DNA of 29,038 nt from a virus (Duplodnaviria > Caudoviricetes): the IMG/VR virus record IMGVR_UViG_3300044507_000128, positions 1 to 29,038 of that record, one strand, 5' to 3'. The notes beneath the pieces are model-generated. The model made no database searches. It was not told the DNA's origin and saw only the letters and a list, made by a program, of their open reading frames with translations. Every line of letters begins with the position of its first letter. Positions within the stretch are counted from its first letter, which is position 1. A program made the translations under genes and the position numbers. This document shows, piece after piece, positions 1 to 11,200 of the stretch.

Positions 1-1125
1 TTCTGCAACACTTAAAGGAAAAAATGAAGATCCCGCAAAATTAAAATTAGGTGTAGCAGCGTTTCTAAGAGAAATTCTAACGTGCGTAGCATCATATACA
101 GTTACAGGTCCCACACCTGCGTCTGTTCCAGGTTGTCCCGCGGTTGCTATACCTACTGCGTTAGAAGATAATTTTTGATCACTTCCTGTATACGCTGTAA
201 GTTTAGTCAAATCTATTGGTAAAAAAGAAGGAATTGCAAATAAATAATCTCCAGATCCCGCTGTTCCCGCTCCAGACATAACGAATTCAATTCGAATTTC
301 AGCGTTTCCTCCGACTCTTCTATACCATAATTTGTCTGTTGTTGTTGTTCCTTTTGTAGGATTACTTATTGTTGCAGTAATTGTATTTACTCCAGCATTT
401 ATCCAATCAGTTTCAACAGAACCTCTAACTACTTGTACTGGACCTACTAATACAGAGTCAAAGTAAAAATCCCAAGCAAGAGCATTAGAAGTCGCTACGT
501 GGAATATTAATCTATAATTTGCTGAAATAGAATCTGCGTTAAAAGTAGCTAAAAAAGATCCGGAACCGTCTAAATAATTTGTACTCATTGGAACTAATTG
601 AGCTGTATCAACGTTATACATAAATACTGATACGTCTGAAGGACTAACAGAAGTTCCTGCGCCGTATCCAAAATTAGCGGATCCTTTATATATACATTGT
701 ATCATCATAGAGTATCCACGATATCCTTGATCTATAGTAAAATCATAGCTTACGCCTTGACCTTCAGCGTTTACTGCACTTTTAGTGAGGTCAAACGATC
801 CTAATTGATATAGTACTAATGCTGGATTTCTTGTAACTGCAAAAGTTAACGCTGTAGCGGATCCGCCAGTTCCGTCAACAGGAACAGACGAAGCTCCGTC
901 ATTATAACTAGCCCAACCAGTTGTAGAACTTTCACCATCTCCATTTTGAATAAAAGATACGCCAAATCCACCGGAACCTAAGGTTCCCCAAGCACCGTTC
1001 TTCCAACCTCTATACTGTTGAAGAGTTTCATTAAAATAAAATTCTCCATCAAGACCAGAAGCAGGTTCTGAAATCTGTGGTTCTAGTCTTATACCTTGAT
1101 CAAATTTATTGAATGAATTGCTCAT
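1..1125 (-). CDS. Tail fibre / receptor-binding protein, 5' part only (runs off the window)
   Basis: Not in the ORF track. Manual translation from ATG at 1125 (AGGA upstream): MSNSFNKFDQGIRLEPQISEPASGLDGEFYFNETLQQYRGWKNGAWG... The N-terminal G-x-[FI]Y[FY]N...W motif is shared with the upstream fibre. G/S/T-rich. Confidence 0.7.
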   Translation of the reverse strand, partial: MSNSFNKFDQGIRLEPQISEPASGLDGEFYFNETLQQYRGWKNGAWGTLGSGGFGVSFIQNGDGESSTTGWASYNDGASSVPVDGTGGSATALTFAVTRNPALVLYQLGSFDLTKSAVNAEGQGVSYDFTIDQGYRGYSMMIQCIYKGSANFGYGAGTSVSPSDVSVFMYNVDTAQLVPMSTNYLDGSGSFLATFNADSISANYRLIFHVATSNALAWDFYFDSVLVGPVQVVRGSVETDWINAGVNTITATISNPTKGTTTTDKLWYRRVGGNAEIRIEFVMSGAGTAGSGDYLFAIPSFLPIDLTKLTAYTGSDQKLSSNAVGIATAGQPGTDAGVGPVTVYDATHVRISLRNAATPNFNFAGSSFFPLSVAE

Positions 1126-1137
1126 CTTATATTCCTA

Positions 1138-3720
1138 TTAAGTATGTATTCTTGTGTCTCGACAGTTTAATGTTCCGCCGTTAGTACCAGAAGTATATAA
1201 AATTCTCCAGTTACCGCCGTTAATATCAGTGTCAAAACTTAATCCAGTGGTGCCTGTTTCTAAATATTGTGGATCAGATATGGTTACGGTCGTACCATCG
1301 TATACTGCTAACAAAGTTCCAGTTCTTACAAAGTTTGTCGTTGTTTGTTTAAAACTATAATAAATTAATCTAGAAGAATAATTTGTAGCAGTAACGTTTA
1401 ATCCTGTAATAGCTGCCGCGGTCTGACTTCCCGTAATAGTTAATCCAGAAGAATATTGTTCTTCGACAGTGTTAGTTCCAGAACTTAAAGATGAAGTACC
1501 AGTAAATGTGGGACTTGCTGATGGCGCTTTGGCATTTAACTGCGTTTGAATTGCAGAAGTTACTCCTGAAACATATCCAAGTTCTGTATTGGTTACACTA
1601 GAAACTTCAATAAATCCCGTAGAAGCATTTGATTGCAATGCTTTACCAGTAGATAAAGCTGCTAACTTGCTTAAATCTATAGCTGCCGATGCGTTAATCT
1701 GCGTATTTGAGATACCGCCAGCTTTTACTTCTAAAGTACTTCCTGTACCGGATTGATCTAGAGTGATGCCGTCTGTAATTGTGCCTAATTTAGCTGTAGT
1801 TACAGAACCAGCTGTTAAATCTCCAGCTACTATGCTATTACTTAAATTTAATTTGGAATAAGCAATTGCCGCTGAGCCACTTATATCGGCATTTACTATT
1901 GAACTTGAAAGATTTAATTTACTATAAGCAATTGCGGCTGACGCGTTGATTTGTGTATTAGATATACCACCAGCTTTTACTTCAAGTTGATTAGAAGTTA
2001 AATCAATTGTAATACCATCAAACAATACGTCTAATGTATTTCCAGAATACGCTAAAGCATTTCCTGCTATAGCTTTGGCAGGACCTGAAAAATCAACCCA
2101 AGAAGCCGAAGCGCTTACATATGTAAATGAAGATCCAAAGTGTTGAGAACCAACTTCACCAACATTAAGTGCCCAGTTATTTGACGGAGCAGCGAAACTA
2201 TAAGTAAAAGACCCTGGAGTATTACTGGTAACAGATGCTATACTATTATGTTCTCCTACTAATCCACCGCCTATTTGTTCTGTATGAGCAGAATAAGAAA
2301 TTGTAGCATCGCCTGTGCCGCTAGATTTTGTTAAAGTACCGCTCGTACCAGAAGGAAACCCTATACTTTTAGTTAATAATGTAGTTCCGCCAGTTATAGT
2401 GCTTTGAACGATAAATGATGAAGTGCCATCAGTATAGATAGCTCCTGCGGTTGCGTTGGCTGCCGTAACAGTGAAAGTAAAAAGTTCTGGAGTAGATATT
2501 GCAACTCCAAAACGATCCCCAACTTGAACCGCGGTTTGAGTACCAGTTCCTAGCGGAAGTCCATTCGATGTATCAATCCAATTGACTCCATCCCACCATA
2601 CCGCGTGTCCTGCAAATCCTGACCAAGCTCCAGTGGGACTTGAACCAATTATATAAGTTAAGCTATATATAGGAGATCCTGGAGGCGTGGAAAGACTGTC
2701 GTCTACTAAATCTGGATCGTTTATAGAATTTTGCCATAAAAGACCGGAAGAAATAGAGGTTAATTGAGAATAGTTTACTGCATCATTAGCAGTTGTACCA
2801 TTGGCAAGATTCGTAATTTTATTGCTGCCCATTGACTGAGACGCAGTAAACGTAACGGAACCATCGCTTTGTATGGAAGAATTTACTTTTGCTAAATCGA
2901 CGTTGGCATTGGCCATTGTAATCGTTCTAGTAGTTCCAGTTGTAATGCTAGAAGCGTCAAAGGCGATTTTTTTAGTAGTATCTGCGGTATTTTCAATTCT
3001 AAGAACACTATCAAGTGGGGAATCAACGTAATTTTTAGTAGCAGCGTCTTGAGCACTTGTAGGATCTACAACGTTAATAATCTTATGGGTATTCATGTTG
3101 AGTTGAGGAGCGAATAATTTTACTTCTGTATTTGCGCCCAATAATAGGGTTCCGATTGATTGATCTGTTGCTACATATTCATTGCCGCTATTATCGCCAA
3201 TTTGTGTGTCTGGGGTAACAGATGAGCCTGAAATATTTATAATATAGGCGCTTCCAAAAGCATGGGAGGTATCACCAATATTACCACTATTATCCGTTGC
3301 TGGAGTCAATGAGTGACCTGTACTTAATTGAATATCAGAATTTGATATATTTGGGCCAAGAGCATTAAAAGAAAATGTTGGATTGCCCGCACTATCTTCT
3401 ACGACCAATGCTGCTTGAGGATAAGGACCAACGAGTTTAACAAAATGTCCTTCGCTAAATTCTAAATTTGCAGCTCCCAGAGTTCTAGTATTTACAGTAT
3501 CAGGAACTAAATTTCCTGTTAAAGCTACCGAACCGTCGGCTTTCAAATAGCCAGTGAGATCTGACAAACTAGCAGCGCTTGTCCAGGCTCCACTTTGATA
3601 TTGTCTAAACACATTTGAAGTCGTATTATAATATATTAATCCATTTGTAGGACTTGACGGATCACTAGCTAACCTTGCTACTAATAACGGACTATCTGTT
3701 GATATAAAACCTATTGCCAT
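1138..3720 (-). CDS. Tail fibre protein (mosaic: two YadA/HIM-like neck motifs, DUF2793-like segment, AAIAYSKL repeats)
   Basis: 860 aa, S/T/G-rich. Motifs HKIINVVDPTSAQDAATKNYVD and NKITNLANGTTANDAVNYSQL; PPGSP..TYIIGSSPTGAWSGFAG..WWDG; lies downstream of baseplate genes. Confidence 0.8.
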   Translation of the reverse strand: MAIGFISTDSPLLVARLASDPSSPTNGLIYYNTTSNVFRQYQSGAWTSAASLSDLTGYLKADGSVALTGNLVPDTVNTRTLGAANLEFSEGHFVKLVGPYPQAALVVEDSAGNPTFSFNALGPNISNSDIQLSTGHSLTPATDNSGNIGDTSHAFGSAYIINISGSSVTPDTQIGDNSGNEYVATDQSIGTLLLGANTEVKLFAPQLNMNTHKIINVVDPTSAQDAATKNYVDSPLDSVLRIENTADTTKKIAFDASSITTGTTRTITMANANVDLAKVNSSIQSDGSVTFTASQSMGSNKITNLANGTTANDAVNYSQLTSISSGLLWQNSINDPDLVDDSLSTPPGSPIYSLTYIIGSSPTGAWSGFAGHAVWWDGVNWIDTSNGLPLGTGTQTAVQVGDRFGVAISTPELFTFTVTAANATAGAIYTDGTSSFIVQSTITGGTTLLTKSIGFPSGTSGTLTKSSGTGDATISYSAHTEQIGGGLVGEHNSIASVTSNTPGSFTYSFAAPSNNWALNVGEVGSQHFGSSFTYVSASASWVDFSGPAKAIAGNALAYSGNTLDVLFDGITIDLTSNQLEVKAGGISNTQINASAAIAYSKLNLSSSIVNADISGSAAIAYSKLNLSNSIVAGDLTAGSVTTAKLGTITDGITLDQSGTGSTLEVKAGGISNTQINASAAIDLSKLAALSTGKALQSNASTGFIEVSSVTNTELGYVSGVTSAIQTQLNAKAPSASPTFTGTSSLSSGTNTVEEQYSSGLTITGSQTAAAITGLNVTATNYSSRLIYYSFKQTTTNFVRTGTLLAVYDGTTVTISDPQYLETGTTGLSFDTDINGGNWRILYTSGTNGGTLNCRDTRIHT
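1680..1986 (-). repeat. Intragenic peptide repeats in the fibre (LEVKAGGISNTQINASAAI x2; SAAIAYSKLNLS x2)
   Basis: Identical at protein level, diverged at synonymous positions in the DNA; boundaries approximate. Confidence 0.8.
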
Positions 3721-3730
3721 CTTAAACCTC

Positions 3731-6700
3731 TTAACTCCATCTTCTCATAGAGTATTTGAACGTTCCACCAAAACCGGTAGAAGTACTATTATAAACAATA
3801 TTCACATTACCTGCTGAAAACAAGGCGTTTAATGTAACGCCGTTAGAACCGCCAAGTGGATTACCTAAAGTTGTTATAGTTGCAGAACTTCCATCAGTAA
3901 CTATCCAAGCAGTTCCTACAAATAGAGTTGAACCTCTACTTATGGAATATTCCATAATGGCGTATGGATAACTACTTGCGTTGTAAGTAAATAATGAACC
4001 CCCTGTTGTGTTATCTAACACAGTAATTGGGCCACTTAAGGCTGTTGTGTATAGACCATTTTGAAGAATGCTGCCACTTGCGGTGTCGAATCTAAAATTA
4101 GCGTCTGCTCCGAAAGAACCTGAACTATTAAATTGTACTTGAGAATCAGAACCTGCAGGAGTTCCACCGCCGCCACCCGTACTCGCTATAGTTAAATTAT
4201 TACCGCTTGGAGTTATAGTTATATTTGAACCTGCAATTAAATTAATAGCGCCTGCTAAACTATTTAAACTAGTAACTCCTGTAGTACTACCTGAATAAGT
4301 TGGAACGCCACTAGGTCCACCTGCGTTGTCTGACCAACGTTCGTAGAAGAATTTCATAGTAGCGCTTGAACCAGAGTTATCTGTAGTGTAATTTAGTTCT
4401 AAATTTCCACCAGTAATTAATCCACTAAATGAAGTATTAACATCACCTATATAAGGACCATTTTTAGTTACAGTTACATCGGTTCCGTCAGAATTTATAA
4501 TTATTTGACCAGTTTCACTATTAACGCCACGAGAAATGGAATATCCTATAATCCAATGTTCGCTTCCAGCAGACGTAACTGTAAAAACGTTACCAGTTGT
4601 ATTGTTACTTAACGAAGTAGTAAATATTGAACTTTGTTCTACATAATCAGCCCCGTTAAAACGACGTATAGTAAAATTAAATAACCAATTCGTACCGTTA
4701 AAAGTACCTACTTGTTCGGCAAAACCATTGCCTTTTGTTGCGATTACTTGGTCGCCTGATGTTGGTAAAAATTGACCTTTAAAAGGTCTTGTAGGTGTCC
4801 AGACTATGGAAGTTCCAACACCTGATAATTTATATATCTCGTTATTTCCAGATAAGAGATTTGTAAATAATACTAAATCTCCGTTTGAACCAGCAATTCC
4901 GTCTATAGTTACAGAAGCACCAGTAGGTAACGTAGTTGATAATGGATCTACGAAAGTAACTTTCAATAATGAACCATTACCTGATCCTGAACCTGCTCCA
5001 AGTTGGACCATATTAGATTGTTTTATAGTTAATATAGTTCCTGAACCACCTGAACCGTTATCTTGAACTGCCACTTGACCAAGCGGAATACCAGAACTAA
5101 ACGCTGCTTTAGTTGCAAGAGCTGCGGAACTTCCGTCAGTATCAGCGGGAATCACATCAAGAGTCATCAAGAATTCATTCTGACTGTTAGTACTGCCCGG
5201 AACAGCTGTTACGGAATACCATCTAAATTGATTGGCCGCAATTGTCGCTGGAGTAAAATTAGTCCCTAGTGGTGTAACACCATCAGCTTGATATACTACG
5301 CCAGTAGTGAAATCTATCTGTGCGCCAGCAAATCGTATTAAAAGTCCTTCTATCTGTTGCGCAAATTGTGTTGTATCAGCTGCAGATTTATTAAACGGAG
5401 TAACATTTACGCGGTTAACTCCCGGTGTTTTTATCAAACGACCTTGACTTGTGTAATCCGCGTTGTCAAGTGCGCCAATAGCACTTAATATTTGATCCGA
5501 AACTCCGAAATCAACATCTACGCTTTCACCAGCTTGTAGATCACCATAATCTCGCATGTATAATTTGCTTGATTCACGATAAGCGATCCAATAAGTGTTA
5601 TCATTAGGAACAAAAGTAGCACTATCTATAACTTTATAATTTAACGGACCAATTCCAACACCAGTATAAGTAGCGTCACCACTTGATGGTATTGTTATGT
5701 ATAAAACTTGTTGATCACCTATAGTTATAGGTGTAGATCCGACAGCACTATCTTGTCTTGTTAAGTTTAAATTTCTCGATTGTCCAAATAAACGAATCTT
5801 AGCTAATATATCAGTGTCTAAAGGAGATACAGAATTATCTGTTATAGAAAGTTGTGTTCCAGTCCAAGCGTATTTAGATCCAGCGGATGCTTGAACTATA
5901 ATACTATTTTGACCTGCGCTTAATCCACTTAATGACGTAGGCGCATCTTGCCACCAATAACGAGTCCCTTTTATTGATTTAATTTCTGTCTTAATAGCAT
6001 CATCTGATTGTTTTTGATCACTAATATTTTTATCTACGCCGTTAAAATTTTCAACAACGGAACCTACATTACCAGTAGCTCCTGAAGTTAATCCTGTAAC
6101 GGCGGAACCAATCGAATAATTTACTCCAGTCGGTGAATTAAAACTTATGGAAGACGTTCCACCCGCTGTTAAGGTAGCGGTTTCAGAACCTATTGAAATT
6201 TGCTCGTTAGTTACAAATGTGCCACTTACACCAGTAAGATTTAATAAATAAGCGGGTTCAATTTTCGTGCCCCAAGCATAATTATTATCAAGATTCGTAG
6301 GTAACGCTAATCTAAATAAAAGATTTCTTCTATCCAATATGATTTGGATAGAACCAGAATTGTCTGTATCGATGATAGCTAAAGGTAAACGATCTGGTGA
6401 TCCGGAGAACCCACCAGTTGAAACTATGATTTGAACACCAAGATCCGTCATAGTGTTTACGATTTGATTGAATTCAGCACCCGCACCGGAATCAGCGTCA
6501 GGATCCCAAAAAGCCTTAGTCAATGGAGTATTATCAACTTCAACTAGTTGAATCTCAACATAGTTTCTAGTTCCGTCTTGTAATTGAGCGTCAGTTATAG
6601 TTATATTAGGTTCAGTTACGGATGATATAAAATAAGAGAAATCTACTGAATTTTCAGGGATAACTAGAGTTGCATCAGCCATATTGACTGTAGCTTGTTT

Positions 6701-6868
6701 TAGACCTTGACCGCTTACTGCAAAACCCTTAACTACGTAGTTAAGTCCTGCCACCATTTGCTTTGTGTAAAGCTTTGAATCTGTTCGTAAACTAGATAAA
6801 TGTGCGTTCCAATCTTCTAAATCCAAACGCGTTTGTGGTAATTCTCTGATTCTTGAAAGTATGGCCAT
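3731..6868 (-). CDS. Baseplate-attached fibre / fibre-attachment protein
   Basis: 1045 aa directly after the wedge genes. Beta-rich G/S/T composition. Two copies of a C-terminal domain (YSISRG...G...DG...GN...Y...RWS). Confidence 0.65.
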   Translation of the reverse strand: MAILSRIRELPQTRLDLEDWNAHLSSLRTDSKLYTKQMVAGLNYVVKGFAVSGQGLKQATVNMADATLVIPENSVDFSYFISSVTEPNITITDAQLQDGTRNYVEIQLVEVDNTPLTKAFWDPDADSGAGAEFNQIVNTMTDLGVQIIVSTGGFSGSPDRLPLAIIDTDNSGSIQIILDRRNLLFRLALPTNLDNNYAWGTKIEPAYLLNLTGVSGTFVTNEQISIGSETATLTAGGTSSISFNSPTGVNYSIGSAVTGLTSGATGNVGSVVENFNGVDKNISDQKQSDDAIKTEIKSIKGTRYWWQDAPTSLSGLSAGQNSIIVQASAGSKYAWTGTQLSITDNSVSPLDTDILAKIRLFGQSRNLNLTRQDSAVGSTPITIGDQQVLYITIPSSGDATYTGVGIGPLNYKVIDSATFVPNDNTYWIAYRESSKLYMRDYGDLQAGESVDVDFGVSDQILSAIGALDNADYTSQGRLIKTPGVNRVNVTPFNKSAADTTQFAQQIEGLLIRFAGAQIDFTTGVVYQADGVTPLGTNFTPATIAANQFRWYSVTAVPGSTNSQNEFLMTLDVIPADTDGSSAALATKAAFSSGIPLGQVAVQDNGSGGSGTILTIKQSNMVQLGAGSGSGNGSLLKVTFVDPLSTTLPTGASVTIDGIAGSNGDLVLFTNLLSGNNEIYKLSGVGTSIVWTPTRPFKGQFLPTSGDQVIATKGNGFAEQVGTFNGTNWLFNFTIRRFNGADYVEQSSIFTTSLSNNTTGNVFTVTSAGSEHWIIGYSISRGVNSETGQIIINSDGTDVTVTKNGPYIGDVNTSFSGLITGGNLELNYTTDNSGSSATMKFFYERWSDNAGGPSGVPTYSGSTTGVTSLNSLAGAINLIAGSNITITPSGNNLTIASTGGGGGTPAGSDSQVQFNSSGSFGADANFRFDTASGSILQNGLYTTALSGPITVLDNTTGGSLFTYNASSYPYAIMEYSISRGSTLFVGTAWIVTDGSSATITTLGNPLGGSNGVTLNALFSAGNVNIVYNSTSTGFGGTFKYSMRRWS

Positions 6869-6902
6869 TTATCGGTCCTCTAGATATGAATATGATATCT
6901 AC

Positions 6903-6912
6903 AATTATATCA
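6903..6912 (-). promoter_or_regulatory. Putative late promoter motif TGATATAATT (extended -10 type)
   Basis: Intergenic, about 35 nt upstream of ATG 6868; the identical 10-mer recurs at 13841 and 20213. Confidence 0.7.
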
Positions 6913-6943
6913 GTTACAGTTAGGCTAACTTTAAGAGCGTAAC

Positions 6944-8281
6944 TTAACTTATCTCGTTCGCGTTATCTGTATCTATATACGGATTATCTAAAAGATACTT
7001 GTATTTAGGGGCTAATATTACAAACTTTATTATTATTCCAGCTGCCGCTAAAGAAAGTAGGATACTCTGAACTATAGCTCTTGAATTAGACGGTGAAGTC
7101 AAATATACCGCGTAATCATTACCGTTAACTCTAGGTATATAGGGTTTTCTTTCACTTATGAAGTTTATATAACTACCTATATTATGTGTAAATTTAAACA
7201 CATAGGCAGGATCAATAAGCAAAGTATTGGAGTTAGGTATACCACGATATTTTACAGGTCCTTCTTGAGTTGACATCCCAAAATCGAATATAAGATCACC
7301 GGTTGGATTTAAAAACTTACTGGTATTGTTAACAGCTACCGAGACGTAAACATTATCTTTTATGACAGATTGTTGAAGAATACAGTTTTGTCCAGTTAAA
7401 GAGAAATTGTCAACACTTCCGGAAGGATTATAGAAGAAAGAACCGACCCATGTACCGTCCGCAGGTGATACTGGAGAAGCTAAAGTTGAATCTGTGTGAA
7501 AATGATGCGAACCTTTTAAAGTTCTTCTTAAAGCTGGAATTATAGCTGGGAGTTCAATTATTAATTCATTTGGATTTAAGTTATATATCGATACTCTTTG
7601 AGCTAAATTTAATATATCAAATGAACCAACTGGAAAATCTAATTTAGTCGGAGATAGCATAGTCGAACTAAAAAATTCTATGTTACCGACTGATCCAGGA
7701 GTATTAGTTCTTATATTTAAACTTTCAAAACCTGATTGAGGATCGGTTAATACGATAGTAGTTGAATTCTTGATCTTACTAAGTATGTTAACCATCTCAG
7801 TAGCAGTAGCGGAACCTGAAATTGCTATATCACCAGTTAAAACTTTTACACTTTGAACAGGTGCGTTATCTATACTTATGTTGATTATATCACCAGGAGA
7901 CACATTAAACGGTGCTACGTTTAAACTGGTAATATTCGCTCTTGAAAATAGTGGTCCCCAAAATACATCTGCTGTATCATAGAAAGCTTTTTTTATTTGT
8001 TTTGGTTTTAAACTTAAATTAGGTATAAGTTCTTGGAAATCATTATCCGACATACCGAGAGTTGGAGGTCTATCGACTCCGTATGAATTACCAATAATGT
8101 CTAGATTAGTACCAGTTGCAGTTCTTACAAATAATTGATCTTTACCGTTAAAAATCTGTTGTTGTAATTCATCGTCTGATGCTGCAATAGCTTGCAGCAA
8201 AGCACTTAATACTGGATTAAATTCAGCGTTATATACTTTAGGTATCGTAGCTAAATATTTTTTTAAAGCGTCGCTACTCAT
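6944..8281 (-). CDS. Baseplate wedge protein (P2 gpI / T4 gp7-like)
   Basis: Follows baseplate J. N-terminal LFVRTATGTNLDIIGNSYGVDRP..MSDNDF and C-terminal LAAAGIIIKF are typical of this family. Confidence 0.7.
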   Translation of the reverse strand: MSSDALKKYLATIPKVYNAEFNPVLSALLQAIAASDDELQQQIFNGKDQLFVRTATGTNLDIIGNSYGVDRPPTLGMSDNDFQELIPNLSLKPKQIKKAFYDTADVFWGPLFSRANITSLNVAPFNVSPGDIINISIDNAPVQSVKVLTGDIAISGSATATEMVNILSKIKNSTTIVLTDPQSGFESLNIRTNTPGSVGNIEFFSSTMLSPTKLDFPVGSFDILNLAQRVSIYNLNPNELIIELPAIIPALRRTLKGSHHFHTDSTLASPVSPADGTWVGSFFYNPSGSVDNFSLTGQNCILQQSVIKDNVYVSVAVNNTSKFLNPTGDLIFDFGMSTQEGPVKYRGIPNSNTLLIDPAYVFKFTHNIGSYINFISERKPYIPRVNGNDYAVYLTSPSNSRAIVQSILLSLAAAGIIIKFVILAPKYKYLLDNPYIDTDNANEIS

Positions 8282-8284
8282 AGA

Positions 8285-11200
8285 TTACCCGATTAAGATA
8301 TCTGATTCAGATACTCTAGCAATTTCGTTATCTGCAATAGCTATGTTAGCTAAAGGTTCTGACATAGAAACGTCTATAACTCCGTTAACTGCAATAACCG
8401 CGGCTCTGATCTCTTCGATGATCACATCATCGCCTACACCTAAAGCATTTACGTAACCTGTAACTGCAGATTTAATTTCGTTAGTCAAACTTGCGATAGA
8501 GATACCAGCTGCAAGCGTAATATCTAATGTTATATGAAGTCTTTGTATAGTTGGAGCAAGAACTTGAAACGTAATACCTGCGGCTCCATAACCAGGAAAT
8601 GAAACAAGATCTTTATCGTCGCCATATATAGTTTTGTGGACTAAAGCTAATAAGCCAGTCCAATAACTATAAGCTTCAATGCCGCGATATATATTAGTTG
8701 AGAACTGTAATTTATCGTTTGCTTTACCACCAGTTATCTCGACATAACCATCGGATCCTTGTGAGTTAGAAGATATCTGTAATTTAGTATCGTTATCAAC
8801 ACCTTCTGCAATACCTTTTAAACTAAACGAAGATATCTTTAAGTTGTTCATAAAATATACTAGATTATCAACTGTTGATGGCATGACGATCATGTTATCA
8901 CTTATAACCGGTAAATTACTAAAAGGAGAAGATACTTGTATATCACCAGTTCCGGCGGTATAGTTACTTATTTGTCTCTTCTGACTTAACAAACCAGTTG
9001 CAGTTTCAGAAGAAGTTGCTATGGCATCAACATTAATAACATCAATTGTTGTTGCGCCTAAAGCTTGTATAACGAAATTACCGTTATTTTCAGAATTGTT
9101 AAAACCAGTTACTTTAGCTAGATCTCCTACAACATAAGTACCAAAACCAGCAGGAGCTACGCTAAAAGTGTATCTGGCAACTCCGCCACCTAATAATGCT
9201 ACGGTTGTAAGTGTTCCAGAAGTTGTATTTCCACCAGATGTGAATGCTACGAAAAAATCGTCTAGAACTCCGCTTTGAACAAATATGTTCGAAAATTGAG
9301 ACACTTTAAATTGCGAAGTACTTGTAACTTGAGTTAAAGAACCTGGATAACTAAGATCGATTGCAAATGTGTTATTTACTATATCATTATCTATTACTAT
9401 AACTAAAGAATCGTCTTGAGCGAATATGTAAGGTTCAGAAGTACCAGATACTTGATAAGCTTTGTTTGGACTAGCGCTTGTAACTATAGTATCTTCAGTA
9501 AATCCAAAAGCTGAGTTTCCGGTAGAAGACGAGAGAATCTCAAGACTTCCGCTTGTATCATAAGTATTCGTGTTAATCTCTAAGTAGTTAAATCCGCCGA
9601 TCTCTCTAACGATAGCTGTTGCACCTTTAAGAGTTGCATTTATAAAATCCGCTGTAAGTTGAGCGCTTAAACCACCCGCAAAACTTGGATCAAAAGTTAT
9701 TGTTTGATTCGCACCACCGTCAACTACTATGATTAAAGTTGTACCGTTAGCAGGAGCGTATAATTCTGCGTTTGCAGCGCGTAATCTAGCTCTAGTGAAT
9801 ATAGAACCAGCTGTTACACTTTCGTCTATAGTCAACGGATCAGTTAAACTAATTATTCCTAATTCTCTATTAAATATATAGTCTGCGTTAGATCCAATAA
9901 CCTCTACCGTAGAAAAGTTTAAACCGTTTATTGCGTTATTGGCACTTCCGCCAGTTACGTGTATCGCTGATTTTGAGCTTAAGTTTATGTTGGATTGAAG
10001 TCTTAAAGAAGTATTGCTATTTATACCAAAAGCTGTAAGACCCGCGATGTCACGATTTATTACATCAGCGATTTCTTGCACGGTAACTGCAGCTGGAACC
10101 GCAACATCCGCTAAATTTATCGTAGCCGTTTGTGGATTAGCGGTCTTCTTATCAACAATCATTGTTAAGGTATGCGGGTAAGACCCGATCGCTAATAGAT
10201 CATAAGGAGCCAAATTACCAGAATCAATGATCGCGGTTGCGCCGTCTTTCGTTATCTCACTATCGTCTCTATATAAATTTAAAGTTGTTTTTTGTACTGT
10301 AGGAAAAGCTATTATAGCATTAGCAGTTCCACCAGTTACTTGTATATCTTCGTTTGTGTCACTTTTAGCGGTAATAACTATCTTGATTCCACCTTCGCTC
10401 GTTCTTGCTTCTATCAAATTAGCTTTATTATTTATAGCGGCTGCTATGTCATCTGCACCAGACACACTTGGAATTCTAAAATCAGCTGGGTTAAAAGTAA
10501 TAGTTTCAGGGATTGTTCCAACTAAGTATTGAAGGGTTAAAGAACCAGAAGACATATCATAAGGAGCCGAATTGTTACTCTCTACTTGTGCTTTTACGAC
10601 TGGAAATTGGTCAAGTTGTAATCTAGTCTCACCACCAGTTGCGCTATCTTTTACGATTTCAAATCCGACTGATAAGAATGACGGTTCAAATCCGGTACCG
10701 TCATCGATATATATCTTGACAGGTCCTACTTCAGTTACGGGAAGAACTATATCCGCAGAAACAACGCGTTTAGCAGTTACAGGATCAACAAGACCCACAA
10801 TAGCGTTTTTTATAGCTTGTTTTACACCACGACTTAACGACTGAATAGTATTCTTAATACGATCGCGCAATTGATCATCAGTTTCAAGATCACGACCAGA
10901 AGTAAATTTACTTAAGTTCTTAGCTTGAGCTCCTGGAAACGGAGGATTAGGAAAGGCGGATGTTCCACTTATAGCACCGATCGGAATATTACCAGAACTT
11001 CCGGGTTGAGTTGCAATAACTTCTACGTCATCAACTTCGTTTTCACCCGATAGTAACGTTACATCAGTTTGTGTTGAGAATTGTATTTCGTTTGTTACGC
11101 CCGTTGCAGGAACAGAAACTACGGTACCAGCTAATATACTTTCGTCTGTACCTTGTTTTAATATGATAGTTTCTTGAACTATATGATCATTTACTAATGG

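Noticed and set aside
1-6868. Diversity-generating retroelement acting on the fibres
   Set aside because: No reverse transcriptase and no adenine-specific repeat pair seen; the fibre repeats differ mainly at synonymous sites.
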